This document shows positions 28,839 through 39,719 of a stretch of DNA of 64,000 bases, one piece after another (within the stretch, counting starts at the first letter, position 1; each line of letters begins with the position of its first letter). The translations under genes and the position numbers were made by a program. Source of the DNA: Candidatus Acidiferrum sp. (GTDB taxonomy: Bacteria; Methylomirabilota; Methylomirabilia; Rokubacteriales; CSP1-6); contig DASQAL010000254.1 of NCBI GenBank assembly GCA_035635775.1, positions 13,035 to 77,034 on the forward strand, written 5' to 3'. The notes below the pieces were generated by a model, which saw nothing but the letters and a program-made list of their open reading frames with translations, was not told the origin of the DNA and did no database searches.

Positions 28839-29513
28839 TCAGTCCGCGGGCGCGTCCGCGGGGACGTCGGCCGCCTTCTTCAGTCGCTCGATCTCGGCTT
28901 CGAGCGCGTGGATCCGGTCCGCCATCTGCTCGAGCGTGCGGGCGAGCGGATCGGGCAGATCGGTCTGGTTGAGGTCGATCGCCCCGGTCACCCGCTCGCC
29001 GTTGCGGAATGTTATGCGACCGGGTACCCCGACGACAACACAGTTCTCCGGCACCTCGCGGACCACCACCGAGCCGGCGCCGATGCGGCTGCCCGCGCCG
29101 ATGGTGAACCCGCCGATCACCTTGGCGCCCGCGCCGATCATGACGTTGTCGCCGATGGTGGGGTGGCGTTTCTCCCGCTTGAGGCTGGTGCCGCCCAGGG
29201 TCACGCCCTGGAGGATGCTGACGTTCTCACCGACCTCGGCGGTCTCGCCGATCACGATGCCCATCCCGTGATCGATGAAGAGGCCCGGACCCAGGACGGC
29301 GGCCGGGTGGATCTCGATGCCGGTCAGGAAGCGCCCCACGTGCGACACCCAGCGGGCAGTGAGGTGCCAGCCGCCGCGCCAGAACCCGTGGGCGACGCGG
29401 TGGACCCAGATCGCGTGCACGCCCGGACTGCAGAGGACCACCTCGAGCGCCGACCGCGCCGCCGGGTCGCGCTCCAGCACCGTCCTCACATCCCGCCGCA
29501 TTCGCTCAAGCAT
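28839..29513 (-). CDS. cysE: serine O-acetyltransferase
   Basis: Hexapeptide-repeat LbH domain [27 protein letters not shown]..., N-terminal SATase helical domain. Confidence 0.88.
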   Translation of the reverse strand: MLERMRRDVRTVLERDPAARSALEVVLCSPGVHAIWVHRVAHGFWRGGWHLTARWVSHVGRFLTGIEIHPAAVLGPGLFIDHGMGIVIGETAEVGENVSILQGVTLGGTSLKREKRHPTIGDNVMIGAGAKVIGGFTIGAGSRIGAGSVVVREVPENCVVVGVPGRITFRNGERVTGAIDLNQTDLPDPLARTLEQMADRIHALEAEIERLKKAADVPADAPAD

Positions 29514-29898
29514 GCCGATCGCTCCTCGTGTCCGCGCGGCTCAGCGCATCGCGCGCCGCCGCCCGCAGTCCCAGGGCCGCGACGTCCGCGGCGTGTCGCC
29601 GCGGCTCCGGCAGCCCGCCCACCGCCGCCTCGACCCGCGCCGCTGAGAGCTCCACCAGCGCTTCCAGCGCGCAGCCCGTCGCCACCTCGGTCGCGGCGCT
29701 CGCCGCCGCGATGGTCGGCCCGCACCCGTAGGCCTGGAACCGCGCCTCCACCACCTGCCCATCCCGCACGCGCAGGTGGAAGCGGACCAGGTCCATGCAG
29801 TCCTTGTACTCCCCTTCCCCCACTCCGTCCGGATTCCGCATGATGCCAGCGTTCCGCGGATTCCGGAAGTGATCGATGAGGACCGGGCTGTACTGCAT
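29506..29898 (-). CDS. NifU-like Fe-S cluster scaffold (IscU/NifU N-terminal-domain type, divergent)
   Basis: [10 protein letters not shown]-terminal motif, Cys at DCMD and YGCGPT; 130 aa. Confidence 0.7.
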   Translation of the reverse strand: MQYSPVLIDHFRNPRNAGIMRNPDGVGEGEYKDCMDLVRFHLRVRDGQVVEARFQAYGCGPTIAAASAATEVATGCALEALVELSAARVEAAVGGLPEPRRHAADVAALGLRAAARDALSRADTRSDRHA

Positions 29899-29913
29899 CG
29901 GCTCGCCGGCCGG

Positions 29914-31068
29914 CTAGGCCCGGACCGGCATGACACTCCGCAGCTTCGCCACCAGCGGCACGGTCGACTCGACCACGTAGTCGATGTCCTCGGCGGTAGT
30001 GCTCCGCCCGAGCGAATGCCGCACCGCGCCCATCGACCACTCCACCGGCACGCCCATCGCCACCAGTACGTAGGAGGGCTCCACGTTGCCGGAGGTGCAC
30101 GCCGAGCCCGCCGACACGCCGACGCCCTTCAGATCCAGACCGAGCACGATGGATTCCGACTCCACGTGCCGGAAACAGACATTGCAGGTGCCAGGCAGCC
30201 GCCGGGTCGGGTGCCCGTTCAGCTGTACGTCGGGCACCCGGCCGCGGATCCCTTCCCAGAGGCGATCGCGTAGCGCGGTCAGCCGGACGGCCTCGTCCGC
30301 CATGTCCCGGCCGCGGATCTCGACCGCCCGGCCGAGCCCGACGATGCCCGGCACGTTCTCGGTGCCCGCGCGACGGCGCCGCTCGTGCTCGCCGCCGTGC
30401 TGGACGGAGACCATCTTGGTGCCTTTCCGGATGTACAGCCCGGCCACGCCCTTGGGCCCGTAGATCTTGTGGGCGGAGAACGACAGCATGTCGATGTTGA
30501 AGGCGTCGAGATCGATGGGCGCCTTCCCGAAGGTCTGCACCGCGTCCACGTGGAACGGGATCCCGTGCTCGCGGGCGATCGCCCCGATCTCCCGCGCGGG
30601 CTGGATGGTCCCGATCTCGGAGTTGGCGTGCATGATCGAGATCAGGATGGTGTCGGGGCGGATGGCCTGGCGCACCGCCTCGGGATCCACGAGGCCGTCG
30701 CCGTCGACGTCCAGGTAGGTGGCCTCGAAACCCAGGGTCTCGAGGTTCTGCACCGCCCGCAGCACCGCGTGGTGCTCGATCTTCGACGTGATGAGGTGGC
30801 CGCGACGGCGCCCCATCGCCACGCCCTTGATCGCCATGTTGTCGGACTCGGTGCCGCCCGAGGTGAAGACGATCTCCTCCTTGCCCACCCGGAGGAAGTG
30901 CGCCACCTGCTCGCGCGCGGTCTCGAGCCCCTCGCGCGCCTCCCGGCCGAAGCCGTGCACGCTCGACGGATTGCCGAATCGCTCGCTCCAGTACGGCAGC
31001 ATCGCCTGGACCACCTCGGGATGTACCGGGGTGGAGGCGTTGTGATCGAGATAGACCTTCCGGTTCAT
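29914..31068 (-). CDS. cysteine desulfurase (NifS/IscS class I)
   Basis: LDHNASTP, FTSGGTESDN, PLP-lysine region SFSAHKIYGPKG, active-site SAGSACTSG. Confidence 0.9.
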   Translation of the reverse strand: MNRKVYLDHNASTPVHPEVVQAMLPYWSERFGNPSSVHGFGREAREGLETAREQVAHFLRVGKEEIVFTSGGTESDNMAIKGVAMGRRRGHLITSKIEHHAVLRAVQNLETLGFEATYLDVDGDGLVDPEAVRQAIRPDTILISIMHANSEIGTIQPAREIGAIAREHGIPFHVDAVQTFGKAPIDLDAFNIDMLSFSAHKIYGPKGVAGLYIRKGTKMVSVQHGGEHERRRRAGTENVPGIVGLGRAVEIRGRDMADEAVRLTALRDRLWEGIRGRVPDVQLNGHPTRRLPGTCNVCFRHVESESIVLGLDLKGVGVSAGSACTSGNVEPSYVLVAMGVPVEWSMGAVRHSLGRSTTAEDIDYVVESTVPLVAKLRSVMPVRA

Positions 31069-31086
31069 TGACGCTCCCCTTTCACG

Positions 31087-31422
31087 ATGTTACGCTGCGC
31101 CCGCATGGCCTCGGCCAAACGGAAGCTGGGTCTGATGCTCTCCACCACCCCCGACCACCCGAACCTCGAGACCGCCATCGGGCTGTCCCGGGCCGCGCTG
31201 GACGGTGGCGGCGACGTCTACCTGTACCTGATCGACGACGCGGTGGACGCGGTGGACGATGATCGTCTTCTCGCGCTCGCCGATCGCGGACTCAAGCTCT
31301 TCGTATGCGCCTACGGCTGCCAGAAGCGGCGACGGCCCCTGTCCGAGCGCGCCACCAACTGCGGCCTCGTGGTGCTCACCGACGTGATCAACGGGACCGA
31401 TCGCTTCATCGCGCTCAACTAG
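31087..31422 (+). CDS. DsrE/TusD-like sulfur-relay protein
   Basis: DsrE-fold pattern with conserved Cys (LFVCAYGC) and C-terminal GLVVLTDVI; true start may be the internal ATG at 31105. Confidence 0.65.
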   Translation: MLRCARMASAKRKLGLMLSTTPDHPNLETAIGLSRAALDGGGDVYLYLIDDAVDAVDDDRLLALADRGLKLFVCAYGCQKRRRPLSERATNCGLVVLTDVINGTDRFIALN

Positions 31423-31423
31423 C

Positions 31424-31780
31424 GTGGCGAGCCCCAGCCAGCCCACCCTCGTCCTGATCTCGGAGGACCCGCGCGTCTCCCACCGCGCCAACGAGGCGAT
31501 GCGGATCGCGCTCGGCATCGTGGCCGGCGAGAACCAGGTGCGCATCGTGCTGACCGGCCCCGCGGTGCACCTGCTCGATGACGAGACCGACGATCTGGTG
31601 GACGGCGACGACATCGCCAAGTTTCGCGCCGCGCTCCGGAAGCTGGGCGTGCCCTTCCACATCCAGGGCGCCCCGCCCACCCCGGCCGACTGGAACGGCG
31701 ACGGGCATCCGGTGGTTCCGGTCACCGCGGCCGAGGTCGCCGCGATGCTCCCCGGGGCCACGCGCTTTCTCGTGTTCTGA
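31424..31780 (+). CDS. DsrF/TusC-like sulfur-relay protein
   Basis: DsrE/F-fold pattern (TLVLISEDP..., VRIVLTGPAV); GTG start abutting previous stop; no Cys. Confidence 0.55.
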   Translation: MASPSQPTLVLISEDPRVSHRANEAMRIALGIVAGENQVRIVLTGPAVHLLDDETDDLVDGDDIAKFRAALRKLGVPFHIQGAPPTPADWNGDGHPVVPVTAAEVAAMLPGATRFLVF

Positions 31781-32010
31781 TGGCCAGCTTCCTGCACCTC
31801 GTGAAGCGCGACTCGGCCGCGCTCGCGGGCGCGGTGATCGAGTCCAATCTCCGGGAGGCCGACGCGCGGGTCACGGTGGTCCTGCTGGACGGCGCAGTCG
31901 CGCCGTCGCTGCCCGCGGGCGTCGCGGTGCGACGCCTCGGCCCGGGGGACCTGGACTACGCGGGCCTGCTCGATCTGGTCTTCGCTCACGATCACGTGAT
32001 CACCTGGTAG
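31780..32010 (+). CDS. DsrH/TusB-like protein
   Basis: 76 aa ending ...VFAHDHVITW like the TusB C-terminus; TGATG overlap with preceding gene; lacks Cys. Confidence 0.5.
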   Translation: MASFLHLVKRDSAALAGAVIESNLREADARVTVVLLDGAVAPSLPAGVAVRRLGPGDLDYAGLLDLVFAHDHVITW

Positions 32011-32011
32011 C

Positions 32012-32212
32012 CTAGCGATCCTGATATTCCTCGTGCCACTTCATCTGGATCCCTTCCAGGATGCCCTCGTTGGAGCCCTTCGCGTCGTCCGCGAACCCGG
32101 GCAGCGCCACCACCCACTTGTGCAGGTCGGTGAAGCGCACGGTGAGCGGGTCCACGTCCGGGTGCGCGTCCATCAGGGCCAGCGCGATGTCCTCGGCGTC
32201 TTTCCACTTCAC
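32012..32212 (-). CDS. iscX: Fe-S cluster assembly protein IscX
   Basis: MKWKDAEDIALALMDAHPDVDPL... matches IscX/YfhJ. Confidence 0.85.
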   Translation of the reverse strand: MKWKDAEDIALALMDAHPDVDPLTVRFTDLHKWVVALPGFADDAKGSNEGILEGIQMKWHEEYQDR

Positions 32213-32259
32213 GGTCGATCCTCCATATTCGCTCGCCTCGCCTTCGGCGGCGGCTCGCC

Positions 32260-32583
32260 CTACTTCGGAATCTCCACGACGACATCTCCCTTCACGATCG
32301 CCTGACAGCCCAGCCGCGAGTGCAGGGTCAGGCCCTCCGCGGTGTCCAGGCGGTCTTCCTCGTCCTGCTCCATGGTGGACAGGTTCTGCTCGCCCTCCCG
32401 CACGATGACGTGGCAGGTGGTGCAGGCACAGCTCCCCCCGCAGTTGTGCTCGAGGTGGATGTCGTTGGCCAGCGCGATGTCGAGGAGCGACCCCGGCCGG
32501 CCGTGATCGGCCAGCGGGTACTTGCTGTCGTCCACCTCGACGGTCCGATTGAGCGGCAGGAACGTGACCTTGTGAACCGCCAT
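32260..32583 (-). CDS. fdx: ISC-type [2Fe-2S] ferredoxin
   Basis: CGGSCACTTCHV ... LGCQ adrenodoxin-type Cys pattern. Confidence 0.9.
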   Translation of the reverse strand: MAVHKVTFLPLNRTVEVDDSKYPLADHGRPGSLLDIALANDIHLEHNCGGSCACTTCHVIVREGEQNLSTMEQDEEDRLDTAEGLTLHSRLGCQAIVKGDVVVEIPK

Positions 32584-32611
32584 CAGGAGCTCTCCAGGTT
32601 GTGCACCGCCA

Positions 32612-34415
<1,804 letters not shown>

Positions 34416-34438
<23 letters not shown>

Positions 34439-35012
34439 GTTGGTCCTCACGCTCCCCCAGCGCGTCACTCAGGTCGTCGATGACGGTGCGCAGGTAGGCC
34501 CGGGTCGCGAGCCGCTGCTTGAACCACTCGAGCAGCGGCCGACGATCGCCCCGCTCGTCCACCAGCCGATCCCACTCCGCCGTGCGGGCGATCAGCGCCG
34601 CCGCCTCGGCCGCGGAGCGCTCCTCGAGGCGGCGACGCTCCTCGCGGAGCCGCGTGCCGGCGTCTCCGCCGAGCCCTTCCGCCTTGGCCTCCTCGAGCGC
34701 CTCCTGCACTTCCATCATCTCTTCCAGGAGCTCCCGGGGCGCCTTCGGCTTGTCGGTGGCGCCCTCCCGGACCTCGCGACCCTCTTCCAGCGCGATCAGG
34801 TACTCCACGCGCGCGAGGGGCTCGCGCAGGGCACGATAGGCGCGGTTCACCAGAGCCGACTGGCCCAGGGCTTCCGCCTGGCGCTCGGCGTCCGCGCCCT
34901 GGTGGAAATCCGGATGGTGCTGCCGCGACAGCTCGTAGAACCGCCGCTGCAGGGCCTCCCCGTCCACCCCCAGCTTGCGGGGCAGCCCGAACACCGTGAA
35001 GTAATCGCTCAC
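34416..35012 (-). CDS. hscB: co-chaperone HscB (J-domain)
   Basis: J-domain with HPD tripeptide (QHHPDF) and HscB C-terminal helical domain. Confidence 0.85.
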
Positions 35013-35076
35013 GAGCGTTTCCTTAAAACAACAACGGGCCCGTCAGGGCCCGCGTTCGTGTCTTCCGGGCCGGGCC

Positions 35077-35403
35077 TCAGGCCGAGAACGATGTCCCGCA
35101 CCCGCAACTAGATTTCGCGGTGGGGTTGACGAAGGTGAACCCGCCCTGGAGCCCCTGCGTGACGTAGTCGAGCGTGATGCCGTTCAGGTACAGGTAGCTC
35201 TTCTTGTCGCACACGACCTGCACCCCGTCGATGTCGAACTTCTTGTCGTGGGGGCCGATCTCGTTGTCGAACTCGAGCTGGTAGGAAAGGCCCGAGCAGC
35301 CGCCCCCCTTGACCCCCACCCGCAGGTAGACGTTCCCCAGATTCTGGGTCTCCATGAGCTGCTTGACCTGCTTCACCGCGGTCTCGGTCAGCGCCAGTGC
35401 CAT
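35077..35403 (-). CDS. iscA: A-type Fe-S carrier IscA
   Basis: GGGCSG and C-terminal SCGCG Cys ligands. Confidence 0.9.
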   Translation of the reverse strand: MALALTETAVKQVKQLMETQNLGNVYLRVGVKGGGCSGLSYQLEFDNEIGPHDKKFDIDGVQVVCDKKSYLYLNGITLDYVTQGLQGGFTFVNPTAKSSCGCGTSFSA

Positions 35404-35424
35404 GATGCGTCGGTCTCCTTTACC

Positions 35425-35841
35425 TTAGGACGCGTCCCGGCCCGCCGGGGCTTCGCTCGCGCTCCACTTCTCCTTGTAGTCCTGGAGCGCGGCCTTGATC
35501 GCGTCCTCGGCGAGCACCGAGCAGTGGATCTTCACCGGCGGCAGCTTCAGCTCGTTCACGATGTCGGTGTTCTTGATCTTGGCCGCCTCGCCCACCGTGC
35601 GGCCCTTGAGCCACTCGGTGGCCAGGCTCGACGAGGCGATGGCGCTGCCGCAGCCGAACGTCTTGAACTTGGCGTCCTCGATGACGCCGGTCTCGACGTT
35701 GACCTTGATCTGCAGCTTCATCACGTCGCCGCACTCGGGTGCGCCCACCAAGCCCGTTCCCACTCCCGGGGTGTCCTTGGTGAAGGACCCCACGTTGCGC
35801 GGGTTGTTGTAGTGGTCGACTACCTTATCGCTGTAGGCCAT
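35425..35841 (-). CDS. iscU: Fe-S cluster scaffold IscU
   Basis: YNNPRNVG, GAPECGD, LPPVKIHCS motifs. Confidence 0.93.
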   Translation of the reverse strand: MAYSDKVVDHYNNPRNVGSFTKDTPGVGTGLVGAPECGDVMKLQIKVNVETGVIEDAKFKTFGCGSAIASSSLATEWLKGRTVGEAAKIKNTDIVNELKLPPVKIHCSVLAEDAIKAALQDYKEKWSASEAPAGRDAS

Positions 35842-35875
35842 GTCCGCACATCCTCCTGATCGCCCGAGGGCGTCG

Positions 35876-37102
35876 TTATTCCGCCTTCCAGTGGATCGAC
35901 TTCAGGTCAACGCCTTCCTTCGCGAGCTCGTAGAGCGGCGACATCTCCCGCAGCCGCTGGATGACCTCGACCGTCTTGCGCGCCACGAAGTCCACCTCTT
36001 CCTCGGTGGAGAATCGGTGCAGTCCGAACCGGATCGACGAGTGGGCCAGCTCGGAGTCCACTCCGAGCGCCGAGATCACGTAGGACGGCTCGAGCGTCGC
36101 CGAGGTGCACGCCGAGCCCGAGGCCAGCGCCGCCTCCTTGTTGAGCCCCATCAGCACCGACTCCCCCTCCACGTAGGCGAAGGAGATGTTCAGGTTGTGG
36201 GGCAGACGCCTCTCCGGGTGCCCGTTCACGTAGGCCTCATCCACCTTGGCGAGGATCTGCTCCTGGAGCCGATCACGGAGCGCGGCGAGCCGCTTACCCT
36301 CCTCGGCCATGACCTCGCGAGAGATCTCCGCCGCCTTCCCGAAACCGACCACCAGCGGCACCGGCACCGTGCCCGAGCGCATGCCCCGCTCGTGGCCGCC
36401 GCCGTCCACCATGGGCGCGATACGCACGCGCGGATTCTTCCGCCGCACGTAGAGCGCGCCGACGCCCTTGGGCCCGTACAGCATGTGGGCGGTGGCCGAC
36501 AGCAGGTCGACGCCCATGGCCTCGACGTCCACCGGGATCTTGCCCACCGCCTGGGTGGCGTCGGTGTGGAAGAGGATCCCCTTCTCCTTGGCCAGCTTGC
36601 CGAGCGCGGCCACCGGCTGGATCGTCCCGATCTCGTTGTTGGCGAACATGATCGAGATCAGGATGGTCTTGTCGGTCAGCGCGGCCCGGACCGCCTCGAC
36701 GTCCACCAGCCCGTCGCGGCCCACCGACACGTAGGTCACCTCGACACCCTGCCGCTCCAGCCGCTTGCAGACGTCGAGCGTGGCCCGCTGCTCGATCGTG
36801 GTGGTGACGATGTGGTTGCCCTTCTCCCGGTACATCTCGACGACGCCCTTGAGCGCCAGGTTGATCGCCTCGGTGCCGCCGGAGGTGAAGACGACCTCCT
36901 TCGGGTCCCGGGCCCCGATCAGCTTGGCGATCTGCTCACGGGCCACGTCCACTCCACCCTCGGCTTCCCAGCCGAAGGAATGGTTGCGGCTCGCCGGGTG
37001 ACCGAACTTCTCCGTGAAATAGGGGATCATCGCCTCGAGCACTCGGGGATCCACCGGGGTCGTGGACTGGCTGTCCATGAAGATCGGAAGCTTCAACGCC
37101 AT
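35876..37102 (-). CDS. iscS: cysteine desulfurase IscS
   Basis: FTSGGTEAINLA, SATAHMLYGPKGVGALY PLP-Lys, SSGSACTS active-site Cys loop. Confidence 0.93.
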   Translation of the reverse strand: MALKLPIFMDSQSTTPVDPRVLEAMIPYFTEKFGHPASRNHSFGWEAEGGVDVAREQIAKLIGARDPKEVVFTSGGTEAINLALKGVVEMYREKGNHIVTTTIEQRATLDVCKRLERQGVEVTYVSVGRDGLVDVEAVRAALTDKTILISIMFANNEIGTIQPVAALGKLAKEKGILFHTDATQAVGKIPVDVEAMGVDLLSATAHMLYGPKGVGALYVRRKNPRVRIAPMVDGGGHERGMRSGTVPVPLVVGFGKAAEISREVMAEEGKRLAALRDRLQEQILAKVDEAYVNGHPERRLPHNLNISFAYVEGESVLMGLNKEAALASGSACTSATLEPSYVISALGVDSELAHSSIRFGLHRFSTEEEVDFVARKTVEVIQRLREMSPLYELAKEGVDLKSIHWKAE

Positions 37103-37121
37103 GCCGTCTTTCTCCTCGGGT

Positions 37122-37562
37122 CTAATGAATGACCGCCAGCGGTGTGGCCGGGACGGTCGGCTCCGCCCCCAGCTCCGCGAGCGTCATGCTATCCAGTACG
37201 TGGCTGATGCTGGCCTGGATCTTCTGCACGGGTCCTCGCAGGTTGCAGCGCGCGAACTGCGGGCAATCGTCCCGCTCGCTCATGCAGCTCACCACGCTGA
37301 TCGGGCCCTCGAGCGCCCGGACGACCTGCCCGACCGTGATCTCCGCCGGGTCCCGGGTCAGCAGGTAGCCCCCCTTGGGGCCGTTGTGACTGGCGACCAG
37401 CTTCTTCTTCGCGAGGCGCTGGAGGATCTTGGCCAGCCGCTCGGGCGGGATGTGAAACTCCTCCGCGATCCGCTTCGCGCTCACCGCGCCGTCGTCGCCG
37501 TGCGAGGCGATGAAGTGCACGGCCATGAGCCCGTAGTCCGCTCGCTTCGTGAATCTCAGCAA
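37122..37562 (-). CDS. iscR: Rrf2-family Fe-S regulator IscR
   Basis: N-terminal wHTH (RADYGLMAVHFIA) and three-Cys cluster ligands C-x6-C-x5-C. Confidence 0.88.
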   Translation of the reverse strand: MLRFTKRADYGLMAVHFIASHGDDGAVSAKRIAEEFHIPPERLAKILQRLAKKKLVASHNGPKGGYLLTRDPAEITVGQVVRALEGPISVVSCMSERDDCPQFARCNLRGPVQKIQASISHVLDSMTLAELGAEPTVPATPLAVIH

Positions 37563-37722
37563 CCCCGTCTCCTCCTGGTTTCCGGCTGTCGGCCCCGCGC
37601 CCTATATCCGACCCGCAGGGTCGCCGACCCCAACAGTCGGAGTCTGCCACCCGTATGGGGACCTGTCAAGGCGTATCTCCGTTTCTGGTGGCTGGGGTGC
37701 GACTTAGGGCGGTCTGACCGGG

Positions 37723-38706
37723 CTAGAGCCAGGCCTCCCGGAACTGCTTGGCGGCCTCTTCGGGGGGGGTCTCGTTGACGTGAATGCCCCCGATCCCGTT
37801 GAGCCGGTCGGGCATGGTGCGGATCTCGATGTGCCAGTGGTAGTCGTCGGCGATGGTCGACCACTCCCCGGGCAGGATCTTGGCGGCCAGGTTGGGCGCC
37901 GTGTAGAGCGTCATCTCGAACGGGGGGTCCCCCAGCTTGCTGCTGAGGGTCCGGAAGAGGCCGCTCAGGAGGCCCGCCAGGTCCGCCACCATCTCCCCCG
38001 AGAGCGAGCCCTCGTAGAGGCAGTTGTGCTGGCGCGGCAGGATCCAGGTCTCGAACGGCGAGCAGGCCGCGTACGGCGAGAGGGCCAGGAAGTGGTCGGT
38101 GAGCCGCACCACCCGATCGCCCGCGGCGATCTCCTGGCGGATCATGTCGCAGTACACGCAGCGCCGCTTGTACTCGTAGTGCTCGCGGCACTCGCGCAGC
38201 TTCCGCCGCACCTCGTCGAAGATGATCGGGATCGCGGTGAGCCGCGAGTAGGGGTGCGTGATCCGCGAGCCCGGCGCCCGGTGACGCCGCGTGACGAGGA
38301 TGTCGCGGATGCTCTGGTCCTGCTTCAGGTCCCGGATGCGCTCGCCGTACATCCACAGCACCTGCTCCCACTGCCCGTCGCCCAGCGTGGCCGCGGTGTC
38401 GTCGTGGCTCGGGCTCTCGACGATCAGCTCGGTGGCGCCGCGCGGGGAGATCCGGTCGTAGAGGCCCACGCCCTCGCGCACCAGCTCCTGCTCGATGCTG
38501 AAGTAGGGATCGGCCTCCGGGATCACCCGCACCGACCAGCCGGGCCCGTTGGGCGCCGAGCCCTCCTTGCGGTAGGCGAAGATCTCGTGGGGCGTATGCG
38601 ACTCGTTGCCCGGACAGAACGGGCACACGGAGGCGGCGGGGCGCTTCGGGCCGGGTCGCACGAGGACCCACCGGCCCCTCGTCGGATCCTTGCGGAGATC
38701 GCTCAT
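37723..38706 (-). CDS. galactose-1-phosphate uridylyltransferase-like (GalT family, HIT superfamily) nucleotidyltransferase
   Basis: Zn-site CPFCPGNE...H and HIT-like HWHIEI active-site motif; 327 aa. Confidence 0.7.
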   Translation of the reverse strand: MSDLRKDPTRGRWVLVRPGPKRPAASVCPFCPGNESHTPHEIFAYRKEGSAPNGPGWSVRVIPEADPYFSIEQELVREGVGLYDRISPRGATELIVESPSHDDTAATLGDGQWEQVLWMYGERIRDLKQDQSIRDILVTRRHRAPGSRITHPYSRLTAIPIIFDEVRRKLRECREHYEYKRRCVYCDMIRQEIAAGDRVVRLTDHFLALSPYAACSPFETWILPRQHNCLYEGSLSGEMVADLAGLLSGLFRTLSSKLGDPPFEMTLYTAPNLAAKILPGEWSTIADDYHWHIEIRTMPDRLNGIGGIHVNETPPEEAAKQFREAWL

Positions 38707-38810
38707 GACTTGGCCACGATAGGGAATGCCCCTCGTTAAGTCAAGGTCGGCCGGGGGTTGCGACGCGACTGGCGGCCCGGGGCCGCCGCTACCGCGCCTG
38801 CGGGCAGCGC

Positions 38811-39200
38811 CTACGGAGAGATAACGCTGGTGCCGTCGCCGCTCGAGGTGATCGTGTAGGTCCCGGCGGGGACGTTCGGGGTATAGGAATAAGCGGCCCA
38901 GCCGCCCGGCGGGGTGGGCACCGAGCTCATGAACGGGCCCGCGCTATTCCCCTGCGCGTTGGTCGCGACTGTGGTGAGCTGTGTGAGGGCCGTCGGGATG
39001 CTGCCCATGTGCGCGCCGTAGACACTGACCGCCGAGGCCAGGCTGCGGGAATCGGCCTGCGCCTTGGCAATACGGCCACGAGCCTGCACGTTGACGAAGA
39101 GCGGAATCGCGATCGTGGCGAGGACGCCGATCACGGCCACGACAACCATCAGCTCGACGAGCGTGAAACCGCGCTCGCTACTCCGGGACCTCCGGGTCAT
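38811..39200 (-). CDS. type IV pilin / pseudopilin (prepilin-type N-terminal methylation domain)
   Basis: RGFTLVELMVVVAVIGVLATIAIP class-III signal peptide with invariant Glu5; start set at MTRRSR inside the listed ORF. Confidence 0.8.
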   Translation of the reverse strand: MTRRSRSSERGFTLVELMVVVAVIGVLATIAIPLFVNVQARGRIAKAQADSRSLASAVSVYGAHMGSIPTALTQLTTVATNAQGNSAGPFMSSVPTPPGGWAAYSYTPNVPAGTYTITSSGDGTSVISP

Positions 39201-39460
39201 GGTCGTCCCCTCCAGTCGGGCGCTACGGGCTACGTACCGGAGCAAGAGAGGGGCCAGCAGGTCCCCCACGGCCTATCTGGCTGAAAACGCGTGGGCGGGC
39301 TGAAACCGTTTGAGGCGGGCGGGCAGAGCCTGACGCGGACAGTCAATCGGGCGGACGAAACGGGCGCTGAACCGGCTCCTCCGGCGAGATCATCCAAAGT
39401 TCTGCTACGCTAGGTCCGTCGTCCACTTTCGCCGCAGGCACGGAGAGAGGGTGCAGATCG

Positions 39461-39706
39461 ATGAGCGAGCCGCGACCGGCCGTCCGAGTATTCAGCAGTC
39501 CCACCTGAGGGCCCTGCAAGGCGGCGAAAGAGTTCCTTTCGTCTCAGGGGGTGGCGTTCGAGGACATCAATGTCCTGGCCGACGCGGAGGCCCGGGAAGA
39601 GCTGATCAAGCTGACGGGAGGCATGAGCATCCCGGTCATCGTGGTCGGAGACCAGGTGGTTCGCGGCTTCAACAAGCCGCAGCTCAAGACCCTGCTGGGA
39701 ATCTAG
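39461..39706 (+). CDS. glutaredoxin-like selenoprotein, active site U-G-P-C with selenocysteine encoded by in-frame TGA at 39506-39508
   Basis: ATG(39461) MSEPRPAVRVFSSPT-TGA-GPCKAAKEFLSSQGVAFEDINVLADAEAREELIKLTGGMSIPVIVVGDQVVRGFNKPQLKTLLGI-TAG; the TGA sits exactly where the first Cys of the Grx CxxC motif belongs; hairpin (putative bSECIS) starts a few nt 3' of the TGA. Confidence 0.7.
39512..39549 (+). promoter_or_regulatory. putative bacterial SECIS stem-loop downstream of the UGA in the Grx-like gene
   Basis: CCCUG-CAA-GGCGAAAG[AGUUC]CUUUCGUC-U-CAGGG: 8-bp inner stem (one G-U), 5-nt apical loop, extended by CCCUG/CAGGG outer stem. Confidence 0.5.
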
Positions 39707-39719
39707 CCCGCGCCGTCCG

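Noticed and set aside
37563-37722. IscR type-1 binding site upstream of iscR
   Set aside because: A TTGACA box and GACTCCGACTG-containing segment are present but do not match the ATASYYGACTRwwwYAGTCRRSTAT palindrome convincingly.
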